The notes under the pieces: model-generated
The model's database searches: none
Told to the model about the DNA's origin: nothing
What the model saw: the letters and a program-made list of their open reading frames with translations, nothing else
From: Burkholderiales bacterium
GTDB lineage: Bacteria; Pseudomonadota; Gammaproteobacteria; Burkholderiales; SG8-41
Reading direction: 5' to 3'
Length of the DNA stretch: 64,000 nucleotides
Assembly: GCA_036555035.1 (NCBI GenBank)
Contig: DATBMB010000116.1
Location: 3,346 to 67,345 of the forward strand
Shown: piece after piece, positions 19,485 to 34,894 of the stretch
Position numbering within the stretch: position 1 is the first letter of the stretch
Layout: every line of letters starts with the position of its first letter
Position numbers and translations under genes: made by a program

Positions 19485-21806
19485 CTAGAACAGCTGGTTG
19501 CGCACCTCTTCCGGGCGCTCCCCGCCGAGCACGCCGCCGACCAGCGTTTCCTGCGCCGGCGGCACGAACTCCTGGTAGAAGTAATCGACGATGCCCGCCT
19601 GCGCATCGGCGAGGCGCAGCCCCGTGTCGGGGTTCACGTGCAGCGCGACCACCCCCTCGGGCGGAATCAGCGGCTGCTCCGGGATGCCCTCCAGCACGGT
19701 TCCCATGTAGGCCATCCAGATCGGCAGCGCCGCCTGGGCCCCGGTCTCGTTGCGCCCGAGCGAATGGGGCGTATCGAAGCCGATCCAGGCCACCGCCACC
19801 AGCTCGGACACGGAGCCGCAGAACCAGGCATCGAGGAACTCGTTGGTCGTGCCGGTCTTGCCCGCGATGTCGCTGCGCCCGAGCTTCAGGGCGCGCGCGC
19901 CGGTGCCCGTGCGCATCACGTCGCGCATGATCGTCGTCATGATGAAGGCATTGCGTTCGTCGATGACGCGCTCTGCGCCCGCCCCCGCCGCCTTGGGGTC
20001 CGCCGCCAGCAAGACGTTGCCCTTGGCGTCCTCCACCCGCTCGATGAAGTACGGCGTCACGCGGTAGCCGCCGTTGGCGAACACCCCGTAGGCCGTGAGC
20101 ATTTGCAGCGGCGTGGCGCTGCCGGCCCCGAGCGCCATCGTGAGATACGGCGGATGCAGCTTGGGATCGAACCCGAAGCGCGCGACGTAGTCCTGCGCAT
20201 ACTGCGGCGTGATCGCCTGCAGGATGCGCACCGACACGAGGTTCTTTGACTTGGTGAGCGCCGTGCGCAGGCGCATCGGCCCCTCGAACTTGCCGTCAAA
20301 ATTCTTCGGCTCCCACAGCTCCGAGCCGGTCTGCGCCGCGGTGAACGTGAGCGGCGCGTCGTTGATGACGGTCGCGGCGGTGAAGCCCTTCTCGAGCGCG
20401 GCCGAGTAGATAAACGGCTTGAAGCTCGATCCCGGCTGGCGCAGCGCCTGCGTGACGTGGTTGTACTGATTGCGCCCGAAGTCGAAGCCTCCGACGAGCG
20501 CCCGTATCGCCCCGTCGCGCGGGTCCATCGAAACGAGGGAGGCTTCGACCGCCGGAAGCTGGGTGATCTGCCACCGGCCCTTCTCGTCGCGCTGCACGCG
20601 GATGATGGCGCCGCGGCGGATGCGCTGGGCAGGGCTTGCCTTGTCACCCAGCGCGCGGGACGCGAATTTCAGCCCTTCGTCGCGGATCTCCACCCATTCG
20701 CCACCCCTGCGGTACGCCCGCACCAGCCGCGTGCTCGCTTCCGCCACGACTGCGGCGTAGATATCGTCGCTGTCGGTGGTCTCCTGCAGCGCGTCCTCGA
20801 GCGCCTCCTCACTCGGCTTTTCCGGGAGCTCGGCGTAGCCTTCGGGCCCGCGGTAGCCATGGCGCCGGTCGTACTCCCGGACGCCATGGCGCGTCGCCGC
20901 ATACGCCACTTCCTGGTGGGAGACGCGAAGGGTGGTGTAGACGCGAAGGCCCCGCGCATAGGCCTCATCCTGGTAGCGCTCGTAGAGCACCTGGCGCACC
21001 ATCTCGGCAAAGTGCTCGGCGTGGACGGGGAACTCGTTCGCCTCCTTCTTCACCGTGATGGCCTGCTCGCCGGCGGCGGCGAACTCCTCCTCCGAGATCA
21101 TCTGCAGCTCGCGCATCCGCCGCAGGACGTACTGCTGCCGGAACTTGGCGCGCTTGAAGTTCGCAATCGGGTTGTAGCGCGAGGGCGCCTTGGGCAGCCC
21201 GGCGAGCATCGCGGACTCGGCGAGGTTCAGCTCACCGAGCCGCTTCCCGAAATAGGTCTGCGCCGCCGCCGCGAAGCCGTAGGTGCGCTGGCCCAGATAG
21301 ATCTGGTTGATGTAGAGCTCGAGAATCTGGTCCTTGGTGAGATTGGACTCGATCTTGAAGGCAAGCAGCACTTCGTTGAACTTGCGGGCGAGCGTCCGTT
21401 CCTTGGACAGGAAGAAATTGCGCGCGACCTGCATGGTGATGGTCGAGGCGCCCTGGCGCACGCCGCCGGAGATGAAATTGGAGAACGCGGCGCGCGCAAC
21501 GCCGAGGTAATCGACGCCGCTGTGCTGGTAGAAGCGCTCGTCCTCGGCCGCCAGGATGGCCTGGGTGAGCGGCTGCGGAACATCCGCGATCCGCACCAGC
21601 GCCCGGCGCTCCTCGCCGAACTCCGCGATCAGCCTGCCCTCGGCGCTGAAAACGCGCAGCGGAATCTTCGGCTGGTAGTCAGTGAGCGTTTCGAGCGAAG
21701 GCAGGCCGGGGTAGATGATCACCGCGACAAACGCGGTGAGCAGCATGCACGCGAGCGCGCCCGAGATCGCCAGCGCGATCGGGAAGGTCCACCAACGATT
21801 CGACAT
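19485..21806 (-). CDS. mrcA: penicillin-binding protein 1A (bifunctional glycosyltransferase/transpeptidase)
   Basis: 773-aa ORF with an N-terminal membrane anchor, GT51 motifs (AAEDERFYQHSGVD, RKFNE) and transpeptidase motifs (GSSFKPF, SKN, KTGTT). It is divergent from pilM, as ponA is in Pseudomonas. Confidence 0.93.
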   Translation of the reverse strand: MSNRWWTFPIALAISGALACMLLTAFVAVIIYPGLPSLETLTDYQPKIPLRVFSAEGRLIAEFGEERRALVRIADVPQPLTQAILAAEDERFYQHSGVDYLGVARAAFSNFISGGVRQGASTITMQVARNFFLSKERTLARKFNEVLLAFKIESNLTKDQILELYINQIYLGQRTYGFAAAAQTYFGKRLGELNLAESAMLAGLPKAPSRYNPIANFKRAKFRQQYVLRRMRELQMISEEEFAAAGEQAITVKKEANEFPVHAEHFAEMVRQVLYERYQDEAYARGLRVYTTLRVSHQEVAYAATRHGVREYDRRHGYRGPEGYAELPEKPSEEALEDALQETTDSDDIYAAVVAEASTRLVRAYRRGGEWVEIRDEGLKFASRALGDKASPAQRIRRGAIIRVQRDEKGRWQITQLPAVEASLVSMDPRDGAIRALVGGFDFGRNQYNHVTQALRQPGSSFKPFIYSAALEKGFTAATVINDAPLTFTAAQTGSELWEPKNFDGKFEGPMRLRTALTKSKNLVSVRILQAITPQYAQDYVARFGFDPKLHPPYLTMALGAGSATPLQMLTAYGVFANGGYRVTPYFIERVEDAKGNVLLAADPKAAGAGAERVIDERNAFIMTTIMRDVMRTGTGARALKLGRSDIAGKTGTTNEFLDAWFCGSVSELVAVAWIGFDTPHSLGRNETGAQAALPIWMAYMGTVLEGIPEQPLIPPEGVVALHVNPDTGLRLADAQAGIVDYFYQEFVPPAQETLVGGVLGGERPEEVRNQLF

Positions 21807-22041
21807 GTAAATGAAGCGCTTAAATTAGATCTGTTGCGCGATTGCAACAGATCCGGAATTCCGGAGCTGCAGGGTGAAACCTGCCACGGTGCGCGAACTC
21901 GCTGCAGTGTAAGCTATATTTAGTGTCTCGCCATTATATGACCGGTTCCCCGTGCAGCGAAAAGTGGTGAAAACGCTTTACAGCCAAGGGAGTTGTTGCT
22001 AGCATCTCATGTAAACTGTGGGATTGTGTCCCCATTAACTT

Positions 22042-23148
22042 ATGTTCAAAGGAAATTTCAGCTTCAACCTCGCTGCGCTGGAGGGGATGTTCAAGGCCAA
22101 GATGCCGCCTTTGATCGGGGTCGACATCAGCTCGTCGTCCATCAAGATGGTTGAGATCGGCGAGGCGGGCAAGGGCATATACCGCGTCGAGCGCTACTCC
22201 ATCGAGCCCCTGCCCAAGGACTCGGTGGTCGAGGGCAACATCAACAATCTCGACGCCGTGAGCGACGCGTTGAAGCGCTGCCACAAGCGCCTCGGCAGCA
22301 ACATCAAGAACCTTGCGCTCGCGCTGCCCAATGCCGCCGTGATCAGCAAGAAGATCATGGTGCCGGCCGGCCAGACCGAGGACGACCTGGAACTGCAGGT
22401 GGAAACCGAGGCGAACCAGTACATCCCGTTCGCCCTCGACGAGGTCAATCTGGACTTCCAGGTGCTGGGACCCGCGCCGAACAGCCCGGATGACATCGAA
22501 GTCCTGATCGCCGCCTCGCGCAAGGAGAAGATCATCGACCGGCTGGCGGTGGCGGAATCGGCCGGGCTCAAGGCGACGGTGATGGACGTGGATCTCTTCG
22601 CCGCCCAGGCCGCCTTCGAGCTGATCGAGGGCCAGTTTCCGGACCGGGGCAAAGACCAGAACATCGCGGTGGTGGACGTCGGCTCCAGCATCATGGGCGT
22701 CAACGTTCTGCGCAATGACCAGTCGATCTACATGCGCGAGCAGCCTTTCGGGGGCAACCAGCTGACGCAGGAGATCCAGAACAAGTTCGGCCTGTCGCCG
22801 GAGGAAGCGGAGGCCGCCAAGCGCGCCGGCGGGCTTCCCGAAAACTACGAATCCGATGTGCTGCAACCGTTCATGGACATGATGGGCCTGGAAGTGGCGC
22901 GCGCATTGCAGTTCTTCTTCACCTCGACCCAGCACAATCAGATCCACCACATCGTGCTGTCCGGCGGCTGCGCGTCGATCCCCGGGGCCGATGAGACGGT
23001 GGGCAAGCGCGTGCAGGTCAACACCATCATCGCCAACCCCTTCGTCAACATGTCACTCTCCTCGAAGATCCGTCCGAAGGCCCTGACGCAGGACGCGCCT
23101 TCCCTCATGGTGGCGTGCGGTCTGGCCATGCGGAGGTTTGATCCATGA
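22042..23148 (+). CDS. pilM: type IV pilus assembly ATPase-like protein PilM
   Basis: 368-aa ORF with an actin-like fold signature (LIGVDISSSSIKMVEI...). It is first in a pilMNOPQ cluster with overlapping stop/start codons. Internal Mets at codons 16 and 21 are alternative starts. Confidence 0.9.
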   Translation: MFKGNFSFNLAALEGMFKAKMPPLIGVDISSSSIKMVEIGEAGKGIYRVERYSIEPLPKDSVVEGNINNLDAVSDALKRCHKRLGSNIKNLALALPNAAVISKKIMVPAGQTEDDLELQVETEANQYIPFALDEVNLDFQVLGPAPNSPDDIEVLIAASRKEKIIDRLAVAESAGLKATVMDVDLFAAQAAFELIEGQFPDRGKDQNIAVVDVGSSIMGVNVLRNDQSIYMREQPFGGNQLTQEIQNKFGLSPEEAEAAKRAGGLPENYESDVLQPFMDMMGLEVARALQFFFTSTQHNQIHHIVLSGGCASIPGADETVGKRVQVNTIIANPFVNMSLSSKIRPKALTQDAPSLMVACGLAMRRFDP

Positions 23149-23735
23149 TCCGCATCAACCTGCTGCCGCACCGCGAGGTCCGGCGCAAACAGCAGCAGCA
23201 GCAGTTCTTCATCCTGCTCGCCTTCGTGATCGTCGTCGGCGGCGCGGTCTGGTTCGTGGTGCGCAGCTATCTCGACGAGCAGCTGCAGACCCAGCTGGCC
23301 CGCAACAAGTACCTGCAGGACGAGATCGTCAAGCTCGACAAGCAGATCGCCGAGATCCAGAAGCTCAAGGAACAAACCGCGGCGCTGCTCGCGCGCAAGA
23401 GAGTGGTGGAGACGCTGCAGGGTAACCGCGCCGAGGTCGTGCACCTGCTCGATCAGCTGGTGCGGCAGCTGCCCGAGGGCGTATACCTCAAGGCCGTGAA
23501 GCAGGCCGGCCCGCGCGTCACTATCACCGGGCTGACCCAGTCGCAGGCCCGCGTTTCCACGCTCATGCGCAACCTCGACTCCTCGCCGAACCTGGAGAAC
23601 CCCGGCCTGGTGGAGATCAAGGCGGTGCAGCAGAACCGGCAGCGGACCAACGAGTTCATCATGAACATCACCATCACGCGCGCCAAGGTCGAGGACGACA
23701 GCAAGGGCGCGCGCAAGCCGCCGGCGAAGAGGTAA
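23145..23735 (+). CDS. pilN: type IV pilus assembly protein PilN
   Basis: 196-aa ORF with an ATGA overlap with pilM. It begins MIRINLLPHRE... followed by a single transmembrane helix. Confidence 0.88.
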   Translation: MIRINLLPHREVRRKQQQQQFFILLAFVIVVGGAVWFVVRSYLDEQLQTQLARNKYLQDEIVKLDKQIAEIQKLKEQTAALLARKRVVETLQGNRAEVVHLLDQLVRQLPEGVYLKAVKQAGPRVTITGLTQSQARVSTLMRNLDSSPNLENPGLVEIKAVQQNRQRTNEFIMNITITRAKVEDDSKGARKPPAKR

Positions 23736-23741
23736 CGCGAC

Positions 23742-24395
23742 ATGGCGATGACGCTCAATCTGAACGACCTCAGGCGGCTCGACCCGAAGAAGATCGGCAG
23801 CTGGCCGATCCTGCCCAAGCTGGGGGTGCTCTTCATCACGCTCGTCCTGATCGTGGCGGCAAGCTGGTGGTTTGACTGGCAGCACCAGATCGAGGGCATC
23901 AACCAGGAGAAGGTGAAGGAAGAGGGGCTGCGCAAGACTTTCCTCACCAAGAAGAGCGAGGCCATCAACCTGCCCGCCTACCAGAAGCAGCTGGAGGATA
24001 TCGAGAAGCAGTTCGGGGCGCTCTTGAAGCAGCTGCCGGGCCGCGCCGAGATGGACGCCCTGCTGACCGACATCAACCAGGCCGGCCTGGGACGCGGCCT
24101 GCAATTCGAGCTGTTCAAGCCCGCCGCACAGGAGACGCGCCGCGAGTTCTACGCGGAGCTGCCGATCACGATCAAGGTGACCGGCAATTACCACGATATC
24201 GGCGCCTTCGCGAGCGACATCGGCAAGCTCTCGCGGATCGTGACGCTGGAGAACATCGCGCTCACCTCGGCGGGTAAGGGAAAAGGCGGCCTGGTGCTGG
24301 ACGCGCTGGCCAAGACCTTCCGCTACCTCGACGACGAGGAGCTGGCGCAGCAGCGGCGGGCCGCGGCCGCCAAGAAAGCCGGCAAGAGAAAATGA
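23742..24395 (+). CDS. pilO: type IV pilus assembly protein PilO
   Basis: 217-aa ORF with an N-terminal transmembrane helix and a coiled-coil region. The call rests on its position between pilN and pilP. Confidence 0.85.
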   Translation: MAMTLNLNDLRRLDPKKIGSWPILPKLGVLFITLVLIVAASWWFDWQHQIEGINQEKVKEEGLRKTFLTKKSEAINLPAYQKQLEDIEKQFGALLKQLPGRAEMDALLTDINQAGLGRGLQFELFKPAAQETRREFYAELPITIKVTGNYHDIGAFASDIGKLSRIVTLENIALTSAGKGKGGLVLDALAKTFRYLDDEELAQQRRAAAAKKAGKRK

Positions 24396-24922
24396 CACGG
24401 CATATCCTCCTCAGCGCGCTCGCCTGCCTCGCGCTCGTCGCGTGCAGCGGCGAGGAGCATTCGGATCTGCGGCAGTTCGTCAGGGATTCGGACAACATGC
24501 CGCGCGGCCGCATTCCCCCGCTGCCGGAAGTGAAACCCTACGAGCCGTTCGAGTACGCGGCGTTCGACCTGGTCGACCCGTTCCTGCCGCGCAAGATCGA
24601 GGCGCCCCGGTCGGCCAAGCCCGACCCCAGGCTGCCGGACCCCAACCGGCGCAAGGGGCCGCTCGAGGCGTTTCCGCTGGAGAATCTCAAGATGGTGGGC
24701 TCGCTCTCCCAGAAGCAGGAGTTCTTCGCGCTCATCAAGACCCCGGACAACAACCTCTACCGGGTAAAGATGGGTGATTTCATGGGGCAGAACTTCGGCC
24801 GCGTCATCGACATCAGCGAGTCCGCGGTCAAGCTGAAGGAGTTGATCCAGGACAGCGGCAACGACTGGAAGGAAGAAGAACGCTTGCTGTTGCTGCAGGA
24901 CGAACAGGAGGCAAGAAAATGA
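24392..24922 (+). CDS. pilP: type IV pilus assembly lipoprotein PilP
   Basis: 176-aa ORF with a lipobox (LALVAC). It has ATGA overlaps with pilO and pilQ. Confidence 0.85.
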   Translation: MTRHILLSALACLALVACSGEEHSDLRQFVRDSDNMPRGRIPPLPEVKPYEPFEYAAFDLVDPFLPRKIEAPRSAKPDPRLPDPNRRKGPLEAFPLENLKMVGSLSQKQEFFALIKTPDNNLYRVKMGDFMGQNFGRVIDISESAVKLKELIQDSGNDWKEEERLLLLQDEQEARK

Positions 24923-27039
24923 AGCTCAAGGCGTATTTCCGCTCGTGGGCCCTTCAGGGAGCGCTTGCGGCCGCGCTCGCGTGCGCAAGCGGGGCAGCCC
25001 GTGCCCAGGCCAACAGCATCGAGTCGATCAACGTCTCGCCCGCGAGCGGCGGCAAGGTGATCGTCCGCGTCACCCTGAAGCAGCCGCCTGCGAGCCCGCC
25101 CGCCGGGTTCACCGTGACCAACCCGCCGCGCATCGCCTTCGATTTTCTCAACACCACCAGCGCGCTCGGGCGCAGCACGCAGGAAGTGGCGGAAGGAGAC
25201 CTGCGCGGCATCAACGTCGTGCAGGCCGGCGACCGCACGCGGCTCGTTCTCAATCTCGCCCGCCCCTCCGGCTACGACACGCAGATCGACGGGCGGACGC
25301 TGCTGATCACGCTCCAGGGCGCCGCGGCGGCGGCGAGCCCTGCGGGGGCGACCACGCATTTCGCGGAGGCGCGCCCGGGAGACCGGCGCCACGCCCTGCG
25401 CGACGTCGACTTCCGGCGCGGCGGGGCCGGCGAGGGGCGCGTCGTGGTGGACCTCTCCGACAGCACCGTGGGCATCGATCTCAAGCTCCAGGGCCGCACC
25501 ATCATTGTCGACTTCATCAATACCGCGTTGCCGAGGAACCTGCAGCGGCGCCTCGACGTCACCGACTTCGGCACGGTGGTCCAGACCATCGACGCCTTCC
25601 CCCAGGGCAACAACAGCCGGCTCGTCATAGAGCCGCGCGGCGTCTGGGAGCACACCGCCTACCAGACCGACACCCGCTTCATCGTGGAGGTGAAGGCGCA
25701 GGCCCCGGACGCCGGCCGCATCGCGCGCGGCGGCGGCTATACGGGCGAGAAGCTCTCGCTCAACTTCCAGAACGTGGAGGTGCGCGCGGTGCTGCAGGTG
25801 ATCGCGGACTTCACCGGACTCAACATCATCACCAGCGACACGGTGGGCGGCAACCTGACGCTGCGGCTGAAGGACGTGCCGTGGGACCAGGCGCTCGACA
25901 TCATCCTGCAGGCGAAGGGCCTGGACATGCGCAAGACCGGCAACGTGGTGTGGATCGCTCCGCGCGACGAGCTCGCCACGCGCGAGAAGCTCGCGCTCGA
26001 GGCGCAGCAGCAGATCGTGGATCTCGAGCCCACGCGCACGGAAAGCTTCCAGCTGAACTACCAGAAGGGGGCCGACCTCCAGAAGCTCCTGGCCGATCCG
26101 CAGCAGCGGGTATTGTCCAAGCGCGGCAGCGCCGTCGTCGATCCGCGCACCAACACGGTGTTCGTCCAGGACACGCCCACGCGGCTCGAGGAAGTGCGGA
26201 AGTTGATCCGCCAGGTCGACGTGCCGGTGCGCCAGGTGATGATCGAGTCGCGGATCGTGGAGGCAAGCGACAACTTCGGCCGCAACCTCGGCGTGCGCCT
26301 CGGCTATCACGACATGACGGGGACGGGCAACCAGGTCGGGACCCAGAACGGCATCCGGGTGCGCGCTGTTCCGGGCGGCCAGATAACGGACACGGGTTTC
26401 CACACCGGCCAGACCACCGCGCCTCCCTTCACCGACTCGCTGTCCGTGAACTTGCCGGTGCCGGGGCTCGCCGGCGCCGTGCCGGGCGCGTTCTCGCTGG
26501 CCCTCTTCCGGGAAGGATCGGCGAAATTCCTCAACCTCGAGCTGACCGCGCTGCAGGCCGACGGCAAGGGCAAGATCATCTCCAGCCCGCGCGTCATCAC
26601 CGCCGACCAGGTGGAAGCCACCATCGAGCAGGGCACGGAAATTCCGTACCAGCAGGCGACCTCGAGCGGCGCCACCAGCGTCGCGTTCAAGAAGGCGACG
26701 CTCTCGCTGAAGGTCAAGCCCCAGGTCACGCCCGATGACAACGTGATCATGAATCTCAACGTCCACAAGGACAGCGTGGGCCAGAACACCCTCGCGGGCC
26801 CCTCGATCGACACCAAGCAGATCGTCACCGAGGTTCTGGTGGAGAACGGCGGCACGGTGGTGATCGGCGGCATCTACCAGCAGACCGAGAACAACCAGAC
26901 CAACAAGATACCGGTGCTCGGCGACCTGCCGTTCGTGGGCTGGATGTTCAAGCAGAACCTGCGGAGCGACAACCGCAACGAGCTGCTGATCTTCATCACG
27001 CCGCGCATCCTCAAGGACGGCCTGACGCTGCGGCAATAG
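24919..27039 (+). CDS. pilQ: type IV pilus secretin PilQ
   Basis: 706-aa ORF with a signal peptide, AMIN-like N-terminal repeats and a secretin C-domain (NKIPVLGDLPFVGWMFK...ELLIFITPRIL). Confidence 0.93.
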   Translation: MKLKAYFRSWALQGALAAALACASGAARAQANSIESINVSPASGGKVIVRVTLKQPPASPPAGFTVTNPPRIAFDFLNTTSALGRSTQEVAEGDLRGINVVQAGDRTRLVLNLARPSGYDTQIDGRTLLITLQGAAAAASPAGATTHFAEARPGDRRHALRDVDFRRGGAGEGRVVVDLSDSTVGIDLKLQGRTIIVDFINTALPRNLQRRLDVTDFGTVVQTIDAFPQGNNSRLVIEPRGVWEHTAYQTDTRFIVEVKAQAPDAGRIARGGGYTGEKLSLNFQNVEVRAVLQVIADFTGLNIITSDTVGGNLTLRLKDVPWDQALDIILQAKGLDMRKTGNVVWIAPRDELATREKLALEAQQQIVDLEPTRTESFQLNYQKGADLQKLLADPQQRVLSKRGSAVVDPRTNTVFVQDTPTRLEEVRKLIRQVDVPVRQVMIESRIVEASDNFGRNLGVRLGYHDMTGTGNQVGTQNGIRVRAVPGGQITDTGFHTGQTTAPPFTDSLSVNLPVPGLAGAVPGAFSLALFREGSAKFLNLELTALQADGKGKIISSPRVITADQVEATIEQGTEIPYQQATSSGATSVAFKKATLSLKVKPQVTPDDNVIMNLNVHKDSVGQNTLAGPSIDTKQIVTEVLVENGGTVVIGGIYQQTENNQTNKIPVLGDLPFVGWMFKQNLRSDNRNELLIFITPRILKDGLTLRQ

Positions 27040-27060
27040 GCGGGCATCCGCATCACCCGG

Positions 27061-27090
27061 AAAGGCGGCCCGCGGGCCGCCTTTTTGTTT
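27061..27090 (+). terminator. intrinsic terminator after pilQ
   Basis: A GC stem, GGCGGCCC (27064-27071) with GGGCCGCC (27074-27081), is followed by TTTTTGTTT. It starts 22 nt after the pilQ stop. Confidence 0.75.
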
Positions 27091-27151
27091 GCCGCGATTC
27101 CCCGGGCGCGCGCGTTAGTCGGCACCTGCCCGTTCCGCTAGAATCGCTCCC

Positions 27152-27751
27152 ATGAGTGCCAGTGAACACAAGCCGGAAGAGCGGCGCGGGCGCATTCCCG
27201 GCAACATCTTCCTGGTGGGCCTGATGGGCGCGGGAAAGACCTCGGTCGGCAGGCGCCTCGCCCGGCGCCTCGGCAAGACCTTCTACGACTGCGACGAGGA
27301 GATCGAGCACGCCACCGGCGTGAGGGTCCCGGTCATCTTCGAGATCGAGGGCGAGGCCGGCTTCCGCGCGCGTGAGGCGAAAATGCTGGCGGAGCTCGTC
27401 CTCCGCAGCGAGATCGTGCTCGCCACCGGCGGGGGCGCCGTGCTGTCCGAGGAGAACCGCAGGCTGCTCGCCGAGAATGGCGTGGTGGTCTACCTGCGCG
27501 CGGGCGCTGCGGACCTCTGGCAGCGCACCCGGCACGACCGGAACCGGCCGCTGCTCCAGACCGGGGAGCCCCATGCCAGGCTCGAGCAGCTCTTCGCCGA
27601 GCGCGACCCGCTCTACCGCAGCATTGCAGATATCATCGTCGACACCGGGAGCCAGAGCCTGGGGAGCCTCACCCAGCGACTGGAACAGCGGCTGATCGAG
27701 CACCAGTCCGCCGCGGCGGAAGGCGCCGGCGCACCGGTGCGCACCGGCTGA
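27152..27751 (+). CDS. aroK: shikimate kinase AroK
   Basis: 199-aa ORF with the P-loop [15 protein letters not shown]. aroK-aroB synteny downstream of pilQ supports the call. Confidence 0.92.
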   Translation: MSASEHKPEERRGRIPGNIFLVGLMGAGKTSVGRRLARRLGKTFYDCDEEIEHATGVRVPVIFEIEGEAGFRAREAKMLAELVLRSEIVLATGGGAVLSEENRRLLAENGVVVYLRAGAADLWQRTRHDRNRPLLQTGEPHARLEQLFAERDPLYRSIADIIVDTGSQSLGSLTQRLEQRLIEHQSAAAEGAGAPVRTG

Positions 27752-27771
27752 TCGGAAGCGCCTCGCCCGAT

Positions 27772-28866
27772 ATGCAGACCCTGAACGTTGCGCTCGGTGC
27801 CCGCAGCTACCCGATCCACATCGGTGCCGGGCTCCTCGCCCGAACCGAACTGATCGTGGAACGGCTCCCCCAGAAGAGCGCCGCAATCGTCACCAACGCG
27901 ACCGTCGCGCCGCTCTACCTCGCGGCGCTGCAGGGCGCGCTGGAAGCGCGCGGGGTGCGCGTGGTGGGCATCACGGTGCCGGACGGCGAAGCGTTCAAGA
28001 CGTGGGAGACGCTGAACCGCATCTTCGATGCGCTGCTCGAGCACCGCTGTGAGCGCGGCACCGCGCTGATCGCGCTGGGCGGCGGAGTCATCGGCGATCT
28101 GGCCGGATTCGCGGCGGCGGTCTACCAGCGCGGCGTGCCCTATATCCAGGTGCCGACGACGCTGCTCGCGCAGGTGGATTCCGCGGTCGGGGGCAAGACC
28201 GCGATCAACCACCCGCTCGGCAAGAACATGATCGGAGCGTTCTACCAGCCGCTCGCGGTGATCGCCGACACCGACACGCTCGCGACACTGCCGCCGCGGG
28301 AGCTCGCCGCCGGGCTGGCGGAGATCATCAAGTACGGCGTGATCCGCGATGCGCCATTTTTCGAGTGGCTCGAAGCCAACATGGCCCGGCTCGTGCGCCG
28401 CGAGCCCGAGGCGCTCGCCTATGCCATCGAGCGCTCCTGCGCCAACAAGGCGGAGGTCGTCGCGGAGGACGAGCTGGAAACCGGCCCCCGGGCGCTGCTC
28501 AACCTGGGCCACACGTTCGGACACGCGATCGAGACCGGCACCGGCTACGGCACCTGGCTCCATGGGGAAGCGGTTGCCGCCGGCATGCTGCTGGCGGCGA
28601 AGCTGTCGCAGCGCCTGGGGCACCTCGCGGTCGAGGACGTGCGCCGCCTCGGGGCGCTCCTGAAATCGGCCGGCCTGCCGCTCGATCCGCCCCGGCTCGG
28701 TCGCGCGCGCTACCTCGAGCTGATGGGCCACGACAAGAAGGTGGCGGGCGGCCGCATCCACTTCGTGCTGTTAAAGCGCATCGGGGAGGCCTACGTCTCG
28801 GGCGAGGTGCCGGGCGCTGCGCTCGCGGACGTGCTCGACGCCGGCGCCGAGCATGCTCGGGCGTGA
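27772..28866 (+). CDS. aroB: 3-dehydroquinate synthase AroB
   Basis: 364-aa ORF with [26 protein letters not shown] and [12 protein letters not shown] motifs. Confidence 0.93.
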   Translation: MQTLNVALGARSYPIHIGAGLLARTELIVERLPQKSAAIVTNATVAPLYLAALQGALEARGVRVVGITVPDGEAFKTWETLNRIFDALLEHRCERGTALIALGGGVIGDLAGFAAAVYQRGVPYIQVPTTLLAQVDSAVGGKTAINHPLGKNMIGAFYQPLAVIADTDTLATLPPRELAAGLAEIIKYGVIRDAPFFEWLEANMARLVRREPEALAYAIERSCANKAEVVAEDELETGPRALLNLGHTFGHAIETGTGYGTWLHGEAVAAGMLLAAKLSQRLGHLAVEDVRRLGALLKSAGLPLDPPRLGRARYLELMGHDKKVAGGRIHFVLLKRIGEAYVSGEVPGAALADVLDAGAEHARA

Positions 28867-29980
28867 CCTCGCCCCCTACGCGGCCCGGCCGGAGCGCTCC
28901 CGCGGCCGCCGCCACCGCGAGGCTCCGCCCCGGGGTCGCACCGAGTATCAGCGCGACCGCGATCGCATCGTGCACTCGACCGCCTTCCGGCGCCTCGAGT
29001 ACAAGACCCAGGTCTTCGTCAACCACGAAGGCGACCTCTTCCGCACCCGCCTCACGCACAGCCTCGAGGTGGCGCAGATCGCGCGAACGGTGGCGCGGAG
29101 CCTCCGTCTCGACGAGGACCTGACCGAGGCGGTCGCGCTCGCGCACGACCTCGGCCACACGCCCTTCGGCCACACCGGCCAGGATTCGCTCAACGCCTGC
29201 ATGCGGCCCTATGGGGGCTTCGAGCACAATCTCCAGAGCCTGCGCGTGGTGGACCTTCTGGAGCAGCGCTACGCTGCGTTCGACGGCTTGAACCTGACCT
29301 TCGAGGCGCGCGAGGGGATCCTCAAGCACTGCTCGCCGCGGAACGCGCGCGCCCTCGGCGACGTGGGCGAGCGCTTCCTGAAGAAGCGGCGACCGTCGCT
29401 GGAGGCGCAGGTCGCGAACCTCGCCGACGAGATCGCCTACAACAACCACGACGTCGATGACGGGGTGCGCTCCGGGCTGCTCGATCTGGCGCAGCTGGCG
29501 GAAGTGCCCGTGTTCGCGCGTCACATGAAGGCCGTCCTGCGCCAGTATCCGCAGCTTCCGCCGCGGCGGCTGCGGCACGAGACGGTGCGGCGCATGATCG
29601 ACACGCTGGTCACGGATCTCATCCGCACCAGCGCGGAGAACATCCGCAGGCTCGCGCCGGGCTCGATCGAGGACGTGCGGCGGGCGCCGGCGCTCATCGC
29701 GTTCAGCCCGCGTATTCGAGATGAGAGCGAGGCGCTGAAGCGCTTCCTGCGCGAGCACCTCTATCGCCACTACCGCGTGGTGCGCATGAGCGGGAAGGCG
29801 CGCCGCATCGTGGCCGATCTCTTCGCGGCGCTGCTGGCCGACAACCGGCTGCTGCCGCCGGAGTTCCAGGAACGCGCGCGCGCGGATGCTCCCCGCGCCA
29901 TCGCCGATTACATCGCCGGCATGACCGACCGCTACGCGATCCTCGAGCACCGGCGCCTGTTCGCGATCGAGGAAGCGTGA
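28853..29980 (+). CDS. dgt: dGTP triphosphohydrolase-like HD-domain protein
   Basis: 375-aa ORF with [23 protein letters not shown] and [10 protein letters not shown] motifs. It overlaps the aroB stop by 14 nt. Confidence 0.88.
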   Translation: MLGRDLAPYAARPERSRGRRHREAPPRGRTEYQRDRDRIVHSTAFRRLEYKTQVFVNHEGDLFRTRLTHSLEVAQIARTVARSLRLDEDLTEAVALAHDLGHTPFGHTGQDSLNACMRPYGGFEHNLQSLRVVDLLEQRYAAFDGLNLTFEAREGILKHCSPRNARALGDVGERFLKKRRPSLEAQVANLADEIAYNNHDVDDGVRSGLLDLAQLAEVPVFARHMKAVLRQYPQLPPRRLRHETVRRMIDTLVTDLIRTSAENIRRLAPGSIEDVRRAPALIAFSPRIRDESEALKRFLREHLYRHYRVVRMSGKARRIVADLFAALLADNRLLPPEFQERARADAPRAIADYIAGMTDRYAILEHRRLFAIEEA

Positions 29981-30131
29981 CAGGACGGGCGCGAAGCGGC
30001 GAAACGGTTGCTGTAAGTAGCTGATGGCAGTAAACTTCCCCTTCGCGCCTGCGTTTTGAGCGCCGCTTGCTGCAACGCAGCAGGGCGGGCGGCAGGCGCC
30101 GGCAACCCAAGAGCACTCGAGGAAACGCCGC

Positions 30132-34793
<4,662 letters not shown>

Positions 34794-34894
34794 CCGGAAC
34801 AGGGGGTGCGGGCCCCTTCCGCAGCAGCGGCGGGGCCCTCCCGCTCCCCCGTACCCCCACCTCCGGCAGCCGGCGCCTGAAGTGAGCACTTACC

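Noticed and set aside
24757-27036. 759-aa minus-strand ORF. The same applies to 50225..53071 (+, 948 aa), 209..2281 (+, 690 aa), 37570..39489 (-, 639 aa), 61171..62928 (+, 585 aa) and the many 60-500 aa Arg/Pro-rich ORFs.
   Set aside because: All lie antisense to, or out of frame within, strongly conserved genes (pilQ, atpG/atpA/atpH, purH, priA, yidC). They have biased low-complexity composition. I treat them as GC-rich shadow ORFs, not overlapping genes.
30067-30083. Hairpin TTGCTGCAACGCAGCAG in the gltB leader, nearly identical to TTGCTGCAGCGCAGCAA between the parS sites (59666-59682).
   Set aside because: Both are CTG/CAG low-complexity palindromes of the kind abundant in GC-rich genomes. 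They share only 15/17 identity, and there is no supporting context for a common function.
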